Below are positions 48,509 through 57,915 of a stretch of 64,000 nt of DNA, piece after piece. The DNA is from Nannocystis bainbridge. GTDB taxonomy: Bacteria > Myxococcota_A > Polyangia > Nannocystales > Nannocystaceae. The stretch is from positions 1,120,001 to 1,184,000 of the forward strand of contig NZ_JAQNDL010000002.1 in assembly GCF_028368995.1 (NCBI RefSeq), read 5' to 3'. The notes beneath the pieces are model-generated. The model was given only the letters and a program-made list of their open reading frames with translations. It did no database searches and was not told the DNA's origin. The stretch's first letter is position 1. Each line of letters opens with the position of its first letter. The translations under genes and the position numbers were made by a program.

Positions 48509-50200
48509 ATGAAGATCGAATGCGATAAGTGCGGAGCCAAATACTCCATTGCGGACGACAAGGTCCGCGGCAAGACCTTCAAGATCCGCTGCAAGAAGTG
48601 CAGCAACGTCATCATCGTCCGCGACAAGGCGGGCGGCGCAGACGACGGGGGTGATGCGCCAGCCGACGAGCCGGGCTGGCACCTGGCGATCGGTGGCGAG
48701 ACCGTGGGGCCGATCAGCGAGGCCGAGGTCCGCGATCGCTTCGCAGCCGGCGAGATCGACAAGGACACGTCGGTCTGGCAGGAGGGCTTCGAGGACTGGT
48801 TGCCGCTCGGTGAAGTGAGCGCGTTCTCCGATCTGGCCGCCGCGGCGCCCAGCCACAGCTCCGCGCCGGATCCGTTCGCGGGCGGCAGCGACGACGACTA
48901 CAGCGCGCCGGCGTCGACCCCGAGCCCGGCGAGCTACAGCTCGCCCGAGCCCGCGCGGCCGGCCGTCGCGGCGACGCCCGCGGCTGCGTCCAGCGGCCCG
49001 AAGGCGTCGGCCTCGCCGGCTGCTGGCGGCGCCGACCCGCGCGTGTCCTCGTTGACCGGCGCGCGCAACGAGAACTCCGTGCTCTTCTCGCTCGACAGCC
49101 TGTCGTCGATCGCGATGGGCAGCAAGCAAGGCGGAGGCGGCGCGCCTGCTCCCAGCGGCCCGTCGTTCTCGCTCGGCGGCGGTGGCGGCGGTGGCGGTGG
49201 CGCTCCGGCGGCCTCGCCGACCGGCAACAGCGAGGGCTCTGGCCTCATCGACATCCGTGCCATGAGCGGCATGATGGGCGGCGGTGGCGGCGGTGGCGGC
49301 GGTGGCGGCGGCGGCGAAGAGGGTCGTGACGACTCGATGCTGCCGAGCTTCGGCGGCACCGGCTTCGGCGGCCTCTCGGCCGCGCCGCTGCTCGTGACGC
49401 CGGCGCAGCCGGTCGTCGAGCACGTGGCGGCTCCCGAGCCGCAGCGGTCCAACGCGCCGCTCTACGCGCTGATGGCCATCCTGCTGCTCGGCATGGGCGG
49501 CATGGCTTGGTACATCCTCACCCGGCCACCGCCGACGGCCGAGACGAAGATCGTCGAGGTCATCAAGCCGGTCGAGGTCAAGGCGACGCCCAGCGACGAG
49601 GACGACGGCGACAAGCCCAAGAAGAAGAAGAAGGAAGAGGACGAGGAGGCGGACGAGACCGGCGCCGCCGACACGCCGCCCGCCAACCCGGACGACAAGA
49701 AGGGCACGGTCGCCAAGACCACCCCGAAGAAGACCGACAAGAAGGGCGAGAAGACGGACGGCAAGTCGGCCGCCGTCGACTCCAAGCCCGAGCCGAAGAA
49801 GGAAGACAAGAAGGAAGACAAGAAAGAGGACTACAGCGTCGACTGCATCCTCGATCCTTCCAAGTGCGGCAAGAAGGGCGGCGGCAGCGGCGACAGCGGC
49901 TCCAAGCCGCCGTCGGACGCGAGCATGCCGGAGAAGCTCGAGCTCTCCGACATCCAGGCGGGCGTCAACCCGGTCAAGGCCAACGCCAAGTCCAACTGCG
50001 CCAAGAATGCCAAGGGCGGCGAGAAGGTCTCGATCAAGCTGTCGATCAGCGGCCCGTCGGGCACGGTGCTGAGCTCGACGGTGGTCGACGCCGCGGGCAA
50101 CGACGGCCTCGCCAACTGCGTGGCTGCGGAGCTCAAGAAGGCGACCTTCAAGAAGGTCCAGAAGGAGCAGATCGGCACGCAGGTGTCCGTGAGCTTCTGA
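48509..50200 (+). CDS. Zinc-ribbon/GYF_2/TM/TonB-C-like protein (GltJ/AgmX-like gliding protein)
   Basis: MKIECDKC..KIRCKKC, GYF-like VGPIS..VWQEGFEDW, RNENSVLFSL, one TM helix, C-terminal ANCVAAEL..ATF domain. Confidence 0.75.
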   Translation: MKIECDKCGAKYSIADDKVRGKTFKIRCKKCSNVIIVRDKAGGADDGGDAPADEPGWHLAIGGETVGPISEAEVRDRFAAGEIDKDTSVWQEGFEDWLPLGEVSAFSDLAAAAPSHSSAPDPFAGGSDDDYSAPASTPSPASYSSPEPARPAVAATPAAASSGPKASASPAAGGADPRVSSLTGARNENSVLFSLDSLSSIAMGSKQGGGGAPAPSGPSFSLGGGGGGGGGAPAASPTGNSEGSGLIDIRAMSGMMGGGGGGGGGGGGGEEGRDDSMLPSFGGTGFGGLSAAPLLVTPAQPVVEHVAAPEPQRSNAPLYALMAILLLGMGGMAWYILTRPPPTAETKIVEVIKPVEVKATPSDEDDGDKPKKKKKEEDEEADETGAADTPPANPDDKKGTVAKTTPKKTDKKGEKTDGKSAAVDSKPEPKKEDKKEDKKEDYSVDCILDPSKCGKKGGGSGDSGSKPPSDASMPEKLELSDIQAGVNPVKANAKSNCAKNAKGGEKVSIKLSISGPSGTVLSSTVVDAAGNDGLANCVAAELKKATFKKVQKEQIGTQVSVSF

Positions 50201-50229
50201 GTTCGGCACACGCACCGACTCGCAGTCAG

Positions 50230-50266
50230 GCGGGGTCGTCCTTCGGGGCGGCCCCGTCGCGTTTTG
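50230..50266 (+). terminator. Putative terminator hairpin
   Basis: cggggtcgtcc-ttcg-gggcggccccg followed by gtttt. Confidence 0.55.
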
Positions 50267-50480
50267 GTCGGTCGTCGCCCGCGCGAGTTCGTCGCTGCAG
50301 CGCGTGGCCGGCCGCACGGCGCCGCTGTGAGCGCGCCGACACGAGGGACTAGGCAGGGCGGCTGATTTGCGGCAACCTGAAGTTCTCCGCGGCGCCGGCC
50401 GAGACCTGTCCCTCGGTCGCTCGCGTCGGACCGCCTTCCCGGCCCTCCACGGGCCCCGAATTCCAGGAGCACCGCTCGCC

Positions 50481-51278
50481 ATGTCGAACACCGAGAACTC
50501 CGCCCTCATCGCCCTCAGTGAGCTCAAGAACCTCGAGGCCAATCGCGTGGCCGAGGTCGAGAGCGAACGGCGCGCCAAGGAAGACGCCGAGCGTCGCGCC
50601 CGTGAAGAGGCCGAGCGCAAGGCGCGTGAGATCGCCGAGCGCAAGGCTCGCGAAGAGGCGGAGCGGATCGCCAAGGAGACGGCGGAGCGCGAGGCCCGTG
50701 AGCGAGAGGAGCGCCTGCGGCTGCAAGAGGCCGACCTGCGCGCCCGCGCCGAGCAGGAGGCCCGCCTCAAGGAAGAGCAGATGCGCCTCGACGCGCAGGT
50801 CAAGCTGGCCGAGAAGAAGGCCCGCCCGATGTGGCTGTACGGCATCGCCGGGCTCCTCTTCCTCGCTCTGGTCGGTGGCGTGTACTGGATCTACGACTAC
50901 ATGGAGCGCCAGGAAGAGGCCCAGCGTATCGCGGCGATCGAGCAGAAGAAGAAGGATGACGCCGAGGCCGAAGCGCGGGCCGCTCTGATGAAGGACTTGG
51001 CCTCTCTCCGCGAGGAGCAGAACAATCTCAAGTCGCAGAAGGACGATATCGAGAACCAGCTCAAGAACGTCCAGGACGAGACGGAGCGGCAGAAGCTCCT
51101 GGCCAAGCAGGCCGCCCTCGACGCGCAGTTGGTCGCCAACGAGGACAAGCAGAAGAAGAACAAGGGCAAGTCCGGCAGCAGCAGCAAGTCGAGCGGCGAC
51201 GGCGAGCCCAAGTCCGAGAAGCCGAAGGGCGGGATCTCGGTCAGCAAGAACGTCGACGATCCGCTCGACGGCCTGTGA
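50481..51278 (+). CDS. Coiled-coil single-TM protein (TolA-like charge-rich)
   Basis: E/R/K-rich helices flanking one TM segment; N-terminal ENSALIAL resembles the ENSVLFSL motif of the upstream gene. Confidence 0.7.
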   Translation: MSNTENSALIALSELKNLEANRVAEVESERRAKEDAERRAREEAERKAREIAERKAREEAERIAKETAEREAREREERLRLQEADLRARAEQEARLKEEQMRLDAQVKLAEKKARPMWLYGIAGLLFLALVGGVYWIYDYMERQEEAQRIAAIEQKKKDDAEAEARAALMKDLASLREEQNNLKSQKDDIENQLKNVQDETERQKLLAKQAALDAQLVANEDKQKKNKGKSGSSSKSSGDGEPKSEKPKGGISVSKNVDDPLDGL

Positions 51279-51396
51279 TCGAGGTTTGCTGGCGGCGCGC
51301 GTGAGGTGCTCGCGCCGCCGCCCGCACGGGGCCCGGAAAAATGCGCTGCGTGGTCTTGCGAGGCGTTTTTTCCCGTGATACAGAAGTCGCCCCTTC

Positions 51397-51468
51397 GGCC
51401 TGGTAGCCAAGTGGTAAGGCAGAGCTCTGCAAAAGCTCTATTCGCCGGTTCGATTCCGGCCCAGGCCT
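51397..51468 (+). tRNA. tRNA-Cys (GCA)
   Basis: Acceptor stem GGCCTGG/CCAGGCC, D-loop AGTGGTAA, anticodon stem GAGCT-CTGCAAA-AGCTC, T-loop GTTCGATTC; CCA not encoded. Confidence 0.95.
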
Positions 51469-51477
51469 CCCCGAAGA

Positions 51478-51514
51478 AAAGAGCCCCTGCGACCCCGCAG
51501 GGGCTCTTTGCTTT
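51478..51514 (+). terminator. Rho-independent terminator after the tRNA
   Basis: aaagagcccctgcg-accc-cgcaggggctcttt, then gcttt. Confidence 0.85.
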
Positions 51515-51761
51515 GGTCGCCGCTCAGCGGAACTTCAGCGCGAGCCGCGAGCTTCGGATGTTGTCGGCGGTGAGCATCGTCGAGGCCAGGACGTAGTCGT
51601 CGCTGCGGCTGCCGTCAGCCAGTAGGTGCTGCGAGTCGGCGGGCCGAGCCAGGCGCGGACGTCGGCCAGTGACGCGAGCCAGGCGCGCGGAGGGGCCGGG
51701 CGCATGCTCTTCGAACGGGTGGGCCGTGGGGCGCGAGTGCGGGCCCTCGCGCTCGCATGGC

Positions 51762-52727
51762 TCAACGGACAGGTGGGCCTTCGAGCTCGAGGTCGGCCAG
51801 GCGCGCGCGGACCCTGGCCATGAACGCGGGCCCGGGGTCGACCTTGCGGGTGCGGTACTTGGGATCGCGCTCGACGAAGTAGGGGTGTCCCTCCATCGCC
51901 AGGTACTCGTGGTGCCCGATCAAGTGCGTGATCGCGGGGAAGCGGGCCTTGAGGTGGCGGACCAGGGCCGCGTCGGCCTCGACCTGGGCGTCGGTCAGGA
52001 GGTGCGCTTCGAGGTCGCCGACGTTCTCGACGCCGATGGCGACGTGGTTGAGTCCGACGCAGTGACGCGCCATCGAGGTCTCCGGCATGAGGCGGAAGAT
52101 CGTGCCGTCGCGGTCGACCAGGAACTGCGAGGAGACGTTGAGATCGCCGGCGGCGGCGATCGCCTTGCGCCCGCTCTCGATGGTCGGGCGGTCGAAGTAG
52201 CGCCAGGTGGCGTCAGCCGAGCCGCCGCCGGTGTGGTGGAGGACGATCATGCGCGGCTCGATCGCTACGCTGTCGGCGGCGGGATCCTGGTGCGCGCGGC
52301 GGTAGGCGATCGTGCGGGCGACCCGGGCCTCGTCGTAGGTGATCGGGCGGTCGACGAGCACCGGCGCCGACGGGGCCGAGGGCTCGGTCGGGGTCGGAAC
52401 TTGGATGTCCTCGGGGGCATGTCCGATAGGACCGGACCCTTCGGGCAGGTTCGAGGGGACATGTTCCGAAGGACGCGTGATGGGAGGCGCCGGCGCAGGC
52501 TCGGGCGGGGCGCAGGCGGCCGCGAGCGCCGCAGCCAGCAGCCAGCCGAGAGCCACGGCCCGGGGTTCGCTCGCTCGCCGGCGGGCGCGCGTGAAGGACC
52601 GGAGCTCGCTCGCCCGGCGGGCTGCGACGCGCGTGAAGGACGGGGGCTCGCTCACCCAACGGGCCGCGACGGTCGTGACGAGCTGTGACGGGCCGCGGGC
52701 GGCAGGGCCCGGGCGCTCACCGCTCAT
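51762..52727 (-). CDS. N-acetylmuramoyl-L-alanine amidase (Amidase_2) lipoprotein; the start may be the GTG at 52556
   Basis: IVLHHT, SSQFLVDRDGTI, ARHC, AIGVEN, LIGHHE, KVDPG; AAAC lipobox. Confidence 0.85.
   Translation of the reverse strand: MSGERPGPAARGPSQLVTTVAARWVSEPPSFTRVAARRASELRSFTRARRRASEPRAVALGWLLAAALAAACAPPEPAPAPPITRPSEHVPSNLPEGSGPIGHAPEDIQVPTPTEPSAPSAPVLVDRPITYDEARVARTIAYRRAHQDPAADSVAIEPRMIVLHHTGGGSADATWRYFDRPTIESGRKAIAAAGDLNVSSQFLVDRDGTIFRLMPETSMARHCVGLNHVAIGVENVGDLEAHLLTDAQVEADAALVRHLKARFPAITHLIGHHEYLAMEGHPYFVERDPKYRTRKVDPGPAFMARVRARLADLELEGPPVR
52406..52475. repeat. 5-unit 14-bp array in the amidase linker
   Basis: tgtcc-tcgg-gggca, tgtcc-gata-ggacc, ggacc-cttc-gggca, ggttc-gagg-ggaca, tgttc-cgaa-ggacg. 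Confidence 0.85.
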
Positions 52728-53667
52728 CGTCGTCGCCTTGCGGGCGGGTGCGGGCGGCCTTGCGCTCGCGTTTGACCCGCTTCGCCTCGACCTGCTGGAT
52801 CCGCTTGTTGCGCTGCTTCTCGGTCGGTGGGCGGCCGGGCAGCGGGGGCTGGTCGACGTGGTGCTCCTCGAAGCTCCCGGGCGCCGCGCCGAGCTCGAAG
52901 ATCGTGACCTCGCGGCGGGCCCGTTCGCCGAGGCGCAGCGGGACGACGGCCGCGCCGATGCCTGCGCCGACGTACACCGCGCCGCGCGGGCGCTCGTCGA
53001 TCCGCGAGCCGTAGAGGCCGTGGACGTATTTGTGGCCGATGAGGCGGCCGAGCGCGAGCTCGTTGAGGCGAGCGAGCGTGACCTGTCCGGCGTGGGTGTG
53101 CCCGGACAGCACCAGCTGCACGCCGGTGGTCCACAGGTGATCGGCCTCCTCGGCGATGTGCGACAGGCCGAGGGTCGGGAGGTCGTGGCGCAGGCCCCGG
53201 GTGGCGCGCTCGACGTCGGCGTGGCCGGTGTAAGCGTCGTCGAGGCCGACGACCTGCAGCGCCTGGCCGCGCAGGGTGATCGTGGTGTGGATGTTGTCGA
53301 GGACCTCGGCGCCGGCGCGGCGCAGGGCGGCGCGCACCTCGGGGCCGCCCGACCAGTGATCGTGGTTGCCGAGCACCGCCATCACCGGGGCCTGGTAGCC
53401 GCGGATGAGCTCCCCGAGCTGGTCGAGGAACGCCTGGCTGTGGCACACGAAATCGCCGGTGATGCACACGAGGTCGGGCCGCTCGGCGTTGACGAGGTCG
53501 ACCGCGGCGCGCTGGACCTTCATCGGCGTGATCCGGCCGACGTGGATGTCGGTGACGTGGGCGACGCGGAGCGGGCTGGCGAGCTGGGCCACGTACGAGG
53601 CCGGACCGGCGAACCGGCGCACCTCGATCTGCGCGCTGGTGTCAAACCATGCCAGCGGGTTCAGCAT
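52717..53667 (-). CDS. Metallophosphoesterase (YkuE-like)
   Basis: TDIHVG, TGDFV, GNHD, LSH, SGHTHAGQ motifs. Confidence 0.9.
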   Translation of the reverse strand: MLNPLAWFDTSAQIEVRRFAGPASYVAQLASPLRVAHVTDIHVGRITPMKVQRAAVDLVNAERPDLVCITGDFVCHSQAFLDQLGELIRGYQAPVMAVLGNHDHWSGGPEVRAALRRAGAEVLDNIHTTITLRGQALQVVGLDDAYTGHADVERATRGLRHDLPTLGLSHIAEEADHLWTTGVQLVLSGHTHAGQVTLARLNELALGRLIGHKYVHGLYGSRIDERPRGAVYVGAGIGAAVVPLRLGERARREVTIFELGAAPGSFEEHHVDQPPLPGRPPTEKQRNKRIQQVEAKRVKRERKAARTRPQGDDDER

Positions 53668-53835
53668 CCGCGAGCGCGCGAGGGCGGCGGCAAGTCCTGC
53701 TCCGGCGGGCTTGGGCGGCGAAGCGCACACGTGCTGGTGAGTATAGGGATCACGCGGCCAAGTTCCAGCGGGGTTGTCGCCTGGACCGCGGGGGAGGTCG
53801 GTGATAAAGGCAGGCGAGCCTCGTCGGGGTTCGCC

Positions 53836-55905
53836 ATGAGCGCCGCGCCCGTCCCTCGTCCGTCTCGCCGTCTGCAGGCGGCCCGCGTCGCAGGCGCGAG
53901 TCTGCTCAGCGTGTTGGGCGTGCGGATCGTGGCCGACATGCACCGCGCCAGCTTTCTCGGGCCGGTCGACGAGCTGCTCAGCCTCGGCAACCTCTACGCG
54001 ATCGCGGTCGGGCTCACCACGCTCGCGGTGATCGCCGGTCTGCTCGGCGGGCGCCGCTGGGCCTTCGTGCTGGTGCCGCTGCTGCTTTCGCTCAACGTCG
54101 GGATGTTCGTGCCGGTGCTGGCGTCGGACGTCCAGATCGGCGGCTTCCTCATCGTCTGGAACCTGTCGCTGATCGGCGACAGTCTGTTCTCGCTCACGAC
54201 CGCGAGCGCGCGGGCAAAACGCGTCGGCGATCGCGGGGCCTCGTTCGCGTGGCTGCAGCGCTACGGAGCCGCGGCGCAGCACCTGCTGCTGGTGTCGCTG
54301 CTGGCTGGGTTGGCGCTGTTCGGCTTCGAGGTCGAGCACGAGCTCGTCCCCGATCTGCTGGGCCTCGTGTTCGCGCTGACGACCCTCGCGTTGGTCTCGC
54401 CGTACGTGCTGGAGCTGCTGCGGCAGCGGCGACGCTACGTGCTCGTGCCGGTGGCCCTGCTCGCCGTGCTGATCTCGCTGGCGCTGAACAGCCCGGGCGC
54501 CGCGATCGGTCTGCTGTGGGCGCTGCAGGCGGTGGTGCTGCTGGTGATCGTCGCCCGCGGGCCGGTGTTCGCCGATCTGCTGCAGAGCTTCTACTCGCGG
54601 CCGGCGCTGCTGATCCTTGCGACGTTCGGGCTCATCGCGTTCGCGGGGGCGCTGGTGCTGACGTTCCCGGCGGCATCGGCCACGGAGCGATCGATCGCGT
54701 TCATCGACGCGCTGTTCACGGCGATGAGCGCGACCTGCGTGACCGGGCTGATCGTGCTCGACACGCCGGTCGCGTTCTCCCACTTCGGGCAGGTCGTGAT
54801 CCTGCTGCTGATCCAGCTCGGCGGCCTCGGGATCATGGTGCTCTCGACGTTCGCGGCGGTGCTGCTCGGCGGTCGCCTGGCGCTGCGCGGCGAGCAGGCG
54901 CTCGAGGAGGTGCTCGACCTGACCAGCCCCGGCTCGGCCTACGAGCTGACGCGCTTCATCGTCGTGTCGACGCTGCTCATCGAGGCCGCGGGCGCGCTGC
55001 TGTTGGCGCTGATGTTCTACTTCGGCTACGGCTTCGAAGCCGCGGCGGCGCTGTGGCGCGGGACGTTCCACGCGGTGTCGGCGTTCTGCAACGCCGGCTT
55101 CGCGCTGTGGAGCGACAACCTGATCCAGTTCCAGTCGGACGGCCCGATCCAGGCGGTCCACGGCACGCTCATCACGCTCGGCGGGCTCGGCTTCCCGGTG
55201 CTGCTGGCGCTGTGGCTGCGGGCGCGCGGCGGCGCGCGGCGGCTGCCGCTGCAGGCGCGGGTGGTCCTGTGGATGTCGCTGAGCCTGGTGGTCGTCGGCG
55301 CGGTCCTGTTCGCGGTCGCCGAGTGGGACGCGTCGCTGCACGGGCTGTCGCTGGTCGACAAGCTCATCAACTCGCTGTTCCAGAGCGTGACGCTGCGGAC
55401 GGCGGGCTTCAACAGCGTCGACTTCTCCGCGCTCGAGCGCTCGACGATCCTGATGATGATCGTGTGGATGTTCATCGGCGCCTCGCCGGGCAGCACCGGC
55501 GGCGGGATCAAGACGACGACGCTGGCGGTGGTGCTGGCGGCGATCCCGGCGCTGATCCGCAACCAGGCGCGGGCGCAGCTGTTCGGGCGCACGATCCCCC
55601 ACGACATCGTCTATCGCGCCGGGACCATCATGACCCTGGCGGCGATGGTGGCGGTGGTCATCACCTTCGCGCTGCTCGCCAGCCACGACATGCCGTTCGA
55701 GCGGGCCGCCTTCGAGACCGTCAGCGCCCTGGCGACCGTCGGCCTGTCGATCGGGGCCACGGCCGAATTGAACGCGCTGGGCAAGTGGCTCATCATCATC
55801 ACGATGTTCGTCGGCCGCGTCGGCCCGATCTCGCTCGCCCTCGCGCTCGGCACGCCGCGCGGCGCGCACGTCCAGTTCCCCGAGACCAAGATCATGGTCG
55901 GCTGA
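53836..55905 (+). CDS. KtrB/TrkH-family K+ uptake membrane protein with an extra N-terminal TM region
   Basis: SATCVTGL, QLGGLG, SAFCNAGF, RTAGF, GASPGSTGGGIKTTT, ATVGLS, MFVGRVGP. Confidence 0.9.
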   Translation: MSAAPVPRPSRRLQAARVAGASLLSVLGVRIVADMHRASFLGPVDELLSLGNLYAIAVGLTTLAVIAGLLGGRRWAFVLVPLLLSLNVGMFVPVLASDVQIGGFLIVWNLSLIGDSLFSLTTASARAKRVGDRGASFAWLQRYGAAAQHLLLVSLLAGLALFGFEVEHELVPDLLGLVFALTTLALVSPYVLELLRQRRRYVLVPVALLAVLISLALNSPGAAIGLLWALQAVVLLVIVARGPVFADLLQSFYSRPALLILATFGLIAFAGALVLTFPAASATERSIAFIDALFTAMSATCVTGLIVLDTPVAFSHFGQVVILLLIQLGGLGIMVLSTFAAVLLGGRLALRGEQALEEVLDLTSPGSAYELTRFIVVSTLLIEAAGALLLALMFYFGYGFEAAAALWRGTFHAVSAFCNAGFALWSDNLIQFQSDGPIQAVHGTLITLGGLGFPVLLALWLRARGGARRLPLQARVVLWMSLSLVVVGAVLFAVAEWDASLHGLSLVDKLINSLFQSVTLRTAGFNSVDFSALERSTILMMIVWMFIGASPGSTGGGIKTTTLAVVLAAIPALIRNQARAQLFGRTIPHDIVYRAGTIMTLAAMVAVVITFALLASHDMPFERAAFETVSALATVGLSIGATAELNALGKWLIIITMFVGRVGPISLALALGTPRGAHVQFPETKIMVG

Positions 55906-55947
55906 GCGCCGGGGCTCCTCGTCACCTGAACTCAAGGACATGTCCTC

Positions 55948-56604
55948 ATGAGCGGAGAATTCGCAGTCATCGGCCTCGGGCAGTTCGGACGGGCGGTCGC
56001 GCTGAGCCTGGTGCGCGAGGGCGCGGCGGTGCTGGCGATCGATCAGCTCGAGGAGCGGGCGCAGTTGGTCGAGTCCGAGGTCGACGCGGTCGCCTGCGCC
56101 GACGCGACCGACGAGCGCGCGCTCAACGAGCTGGGCCTCGAGCGCATGTCGTGCGTGGTGGTGGCGATGGGGGCTCGCGCCCGCGAGACTTCGATCCTCA
56201 CGACCTCGCTGCTGCGCCAGCGCGGGATCCCGCGCATCATCAGCCGCGCGGCCAACGAGCTGCACGCGCGCGTGCTGCTGGCCGTGGGCGCGCACGAGGT
56301 CATCAACCCGGAGCTGCAGATGGGCCAGCGTCTGGCCCGCAACCTGGCCCACCCGACGATCCTCGAGCAGATCGCGCTCGACGAGAACACCAACCTGGTC
56401 GAGGTCGCCACGCCCGAGCAGTTCATCGGCAAGTCGATGACGGAGGTCGACCTGAAGCGCCGCTACGGCGTGTCGGTGATCGCGGTCCGCCGCGCCGGCC
56501 AGGTGCTGCCGCAGCTCGCCGGCGACGATCGGCTGCAGCGCGGCGATCGCCTGCTCATCGTCGGCCAGCCGGCCTCGGTCCGCCGGCTGGCGAGCCTGGC
56601 GTAG
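55948..56604 (+). CDS. ktrA: KtrA/TrkA-family RCK regulatory subunit
   Basis: FAVIGLGQFG Rossmann motif, DATDE..L..LG, TrkA-C domain. Confidence 0.85.
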   Translation: MSGEFAVIGLGQFGRAVALSLVREGAAVLAIDQLEERAQLVESEVDAVACADATDERALNELGLERMSCVVVAMGARARETSILTTSLLRQRGIPRIISRAANELHARVLLAVGAHEVINPELQMGQRLARNLAHPTILEQIALDENTNLVEVATPEQFIGKSMTEVDLKRRYGVSVIAVRRAGQVLPQLAGDDRLQRGDRLLIVGQPASVRRLASLA

Positions 56605-56622
56605 TCCCCTGGAGCTTCTGCG

Positions 56623-57870
56623 ATGACCCTGCGCACCCGCCTCCTGCTCGGCTACGGCTACCTGATCGCGCTGCTGCTGCTCAGCGTCGGCACGGCCGCG
56701 TTCAACTCGCAACGCGTCGCCCGCAACGTGCAGGTGGTCGTGCAGAACAACCTGGTCAGCCTCAGCGCGGCGGTGGCGATGCTCGACCAGATCGAGCGCC
56801 AGGACAGCGCGACGCTGGTCGGGTTGATGCAGCGCAGCGAGCCGACCGAGATGACGGCGGCCGAGGAGGACTTCGAGAAGGCGCTGGTGCAGGCCCGCAG
56901 CGCGGCGATGACGGACGACGACATCGCCATGCTGAAGAACCTGCAGGAGAACTACGAGGTCTACCGCAAGGCCCGCGACGAGCTGCTGCGCAGCATCCCG
57001 GAGGAGCCGTACGCGGCCTACCACGAGTCGGTGTTCCGCGTGTTCGAGGAGCTGAAGCGCGACGTAAACCAGTACCTCGAGGCGAAGAAGACGGCGCTCG
57101 GCGACGCCAACATCGAGGCGTCGCAGTCGGCGATCGAGGCGGCGGTGCTGCTCGGGGTGTTGGTCACGGTGGCGCTGCTGTCGCTCGGGCCGCTGTCGCG
57201 CAGCCTGCAGCGCGACGTGCTCGGGCGCCTGTCGGAGGTCGGCAGCGTGACCGAGGCGATCGCCAGCGGCGACCGCCGCCGCCGCGTCCGCGACTTCTAT
57301 CAGGACGAGCTGGGGCAGGTGGCGCGCCAGCTCAACGCGGCGCTCGATCGCCAGCAAGAGCTCGAGTCGCAGATGCAAGGCCGGTTGCTCGAGCAGCGGC
57401 GCGTGCTGGTCGGACTGATGAAACAGTGGCCGATGCCGGCGGCGCTGATCGGGATCGACGGCGAGCTGGTGGCGTCGACGCTGAGCGAGGACGACGAGGA
57501 CGAGCTCGATCGCCTGACGCCGCGCGTGCGTATGGCCGCGAAGGTGCTGATGACGCGCCGCTTCGTCCGCGCCGAGGAGCTATCCGCCGACATCAAGGCG
57601 AGCGACGCGGTGCGCGTGGTGCAGATGCGCGCGCTGGCCTCGGGCGACAATCAAATCGCGGGCTGGCTGGCGTCTTTCGTCGATCCGCGGGTCGGCGTGC
57701 TGGCGCCGCGCGGGCCGGGCGATCCCGAGCCGAGCGGCGACACACCGGTGAGCGAGGCGAGCGACGCGCCGGCGAGCGAGAACGCCGAACCCGCGGTGAC
57801 CGCCGAAGCGAACGACGAACCCGCAGTCGCCGCCGTCGTCGCCGAGGATCCCGCGTCGCGGTCGAGCTGA
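56623..57870 (+). CDS. Membrane sensor with four-helix-bundle and HAMP domains and no recognisable kinase domain
   Basis: Two TM segments flanking a helical periplasmic domain; HAMP IASGD...DELGQVARQLN; no H/N/G boxes. Confidence 0.7.
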   Translation: MTLRTRLLLGYGYLIALLLLSVGTAAFNSQRVARNVQVVVQNNLVSLSAAVAMLDQIERQDSATLVGLMQRSEPTEMTAAEEDFEKALVQARSAAMTDDDIAMLKNLQENYEVYRKARDELLRSIPEEPYAAYHESVFRVFEELKRDVNQYLEAKKTALGDANIEASQSAIEAAVLLGVLVTVALLSLGPLSRSLQRDVLGRLSEVGSVTEAIASGDRRRRVRDFYQDELGQVARQLNAALDRQQELESQMQGRLLEQRRVLVGLMKQWPMPAALIGIDGELVASTLSEDDEDELDRLTPRVRMAAKVLMTRRFVRAEELSADIKASDAVRVVQMRALASGDNQIAGWLASFVDPRVGVLAPRGPGDPEPSGDTPVSEASDAPASENAEPAVTAEANDEPAVAAVVAEDPASRSS

Positions 57871-57915
57871 GCCGTCGCCGGCGGCCTCGCGCGGCGCCTG
57901 GTGTACGATGCGGAC

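Noticed and set aside
49180-49315. (GGC/GGT)n tracts as contingency repeats
   Set aside because: In-frame poly-Gly linker codons within a disordered region
51397-51760. Island integrated at tRNA-Cys
   Set aside because: The terminator follows immediately; no integrase and no duplicated tRNA 3' end seen
52717-57378. 1553-aa and other long antisense/alternate-frame ORFs (e.g. 32594-35335, 54249-58379)
   Set aside because: Shadow ORFs typical of high-GC DNA overlapping well-supported genes; only the metallophosphoesterase part is real
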